Source of the DNA: Alphaproteobacteria bacterium
GTDB taxonomy: Bacteria; Pseudomonadota; Alphaproteobacteria; UBA828
Direction of reading: 5' to 3'
DNA: 64,000 nt
Assembly: GCA_965237415.1 (NCBI GenBank)
Contig: CBDEFM010000002.1
Location: 1,600,001 to 1,664,000 of the forward strand
In this document: positions 63,822 through 64,000 of the stretch, in pieces
How the letters are laid out: each line of letters starts with the position of its first letter
Numbering within the stretch: the stretch's first letter is position 1
Program-made: the position numbers and the translations under genes
Notes under the pieces: model-generated
What the model was told of the DNA's origin: nothing
The model's input: only the letters and a program-made list of their open reading frames with translations
Databases searched by the model: none

Positions 63822-64000
63822 TCAGTGGCGGGTCGACCCCAGGATGGTCACGCAGGCGGCGGCAGCATCCGCGCCGATCCAGCCACCCGCGTTTTCGGCG
63901 AGACCGAACCGCGCGCCTTCCCGCTGGCGCGCGCCCGAACGGCCGCGCATCTGGTCGGCGAGCTCGACGAGCTGCGCCGCCCCGGTCGCGCCGATCGGGT
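63822..64000 (-). CDS. Thiolase-family protein, C-terminal part (starts beyond the window)
   Basis: Manual translation: PIGATGAAQLVELADQMRGRSGARQREGARFGLAENAGG...TRH*. Confidence 0.82.
   Translation of the reverse strand, partial: PIGATGAAQLVELADQMRGRSGARQREGARFGLAENAGGWIGADAAAACVTILGSTRH

Overview
GC-rich bacterial DNA; the gene content suggests an alphaproteobacterium (inference only). The backbone is catabolic and salvage metabolism: two hydantoinase/oxoprolinase A+B pairs, thiolases, two ThDP enzymes, two PhyH-type dioxygenases, tandem amidohydrolases, glpD/glpK, a sugar ABC transporter with Gfo/Idh/MocA and IolD-like genes, allE, ltaE and a YcaQ-like glycosylase. Four two-gene, visibly lower-GC cassettes with conflict or defence-type domains interrupt it: (1) an RHH antitoxin plus a C-terminally extended PIN toxin missing from the ORF track; (2) a 305-aa protein with an antitoxin-like tail plus PIN; (3) HTH plus a TIGR02391/Ymh protein with an RxxxxH motif, bracketed by a 66-bp diverged duplicate of the glpK 3' end; (4) DUF5131 plus TcmP. 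Non-coding structure includes a near-identical pair of 127-bp TA-flanked MITEs, a 207-bp MITE family whose end overlaps TAG stop codons, a third palindromic repeat family and an IS481 remnant. There are also several deletion-scarred pseudogenes. I recognised no rRNA, tRNA, CRISPR array or intact transposase/integrase. All family calls are by motif recognition; no searches were run.
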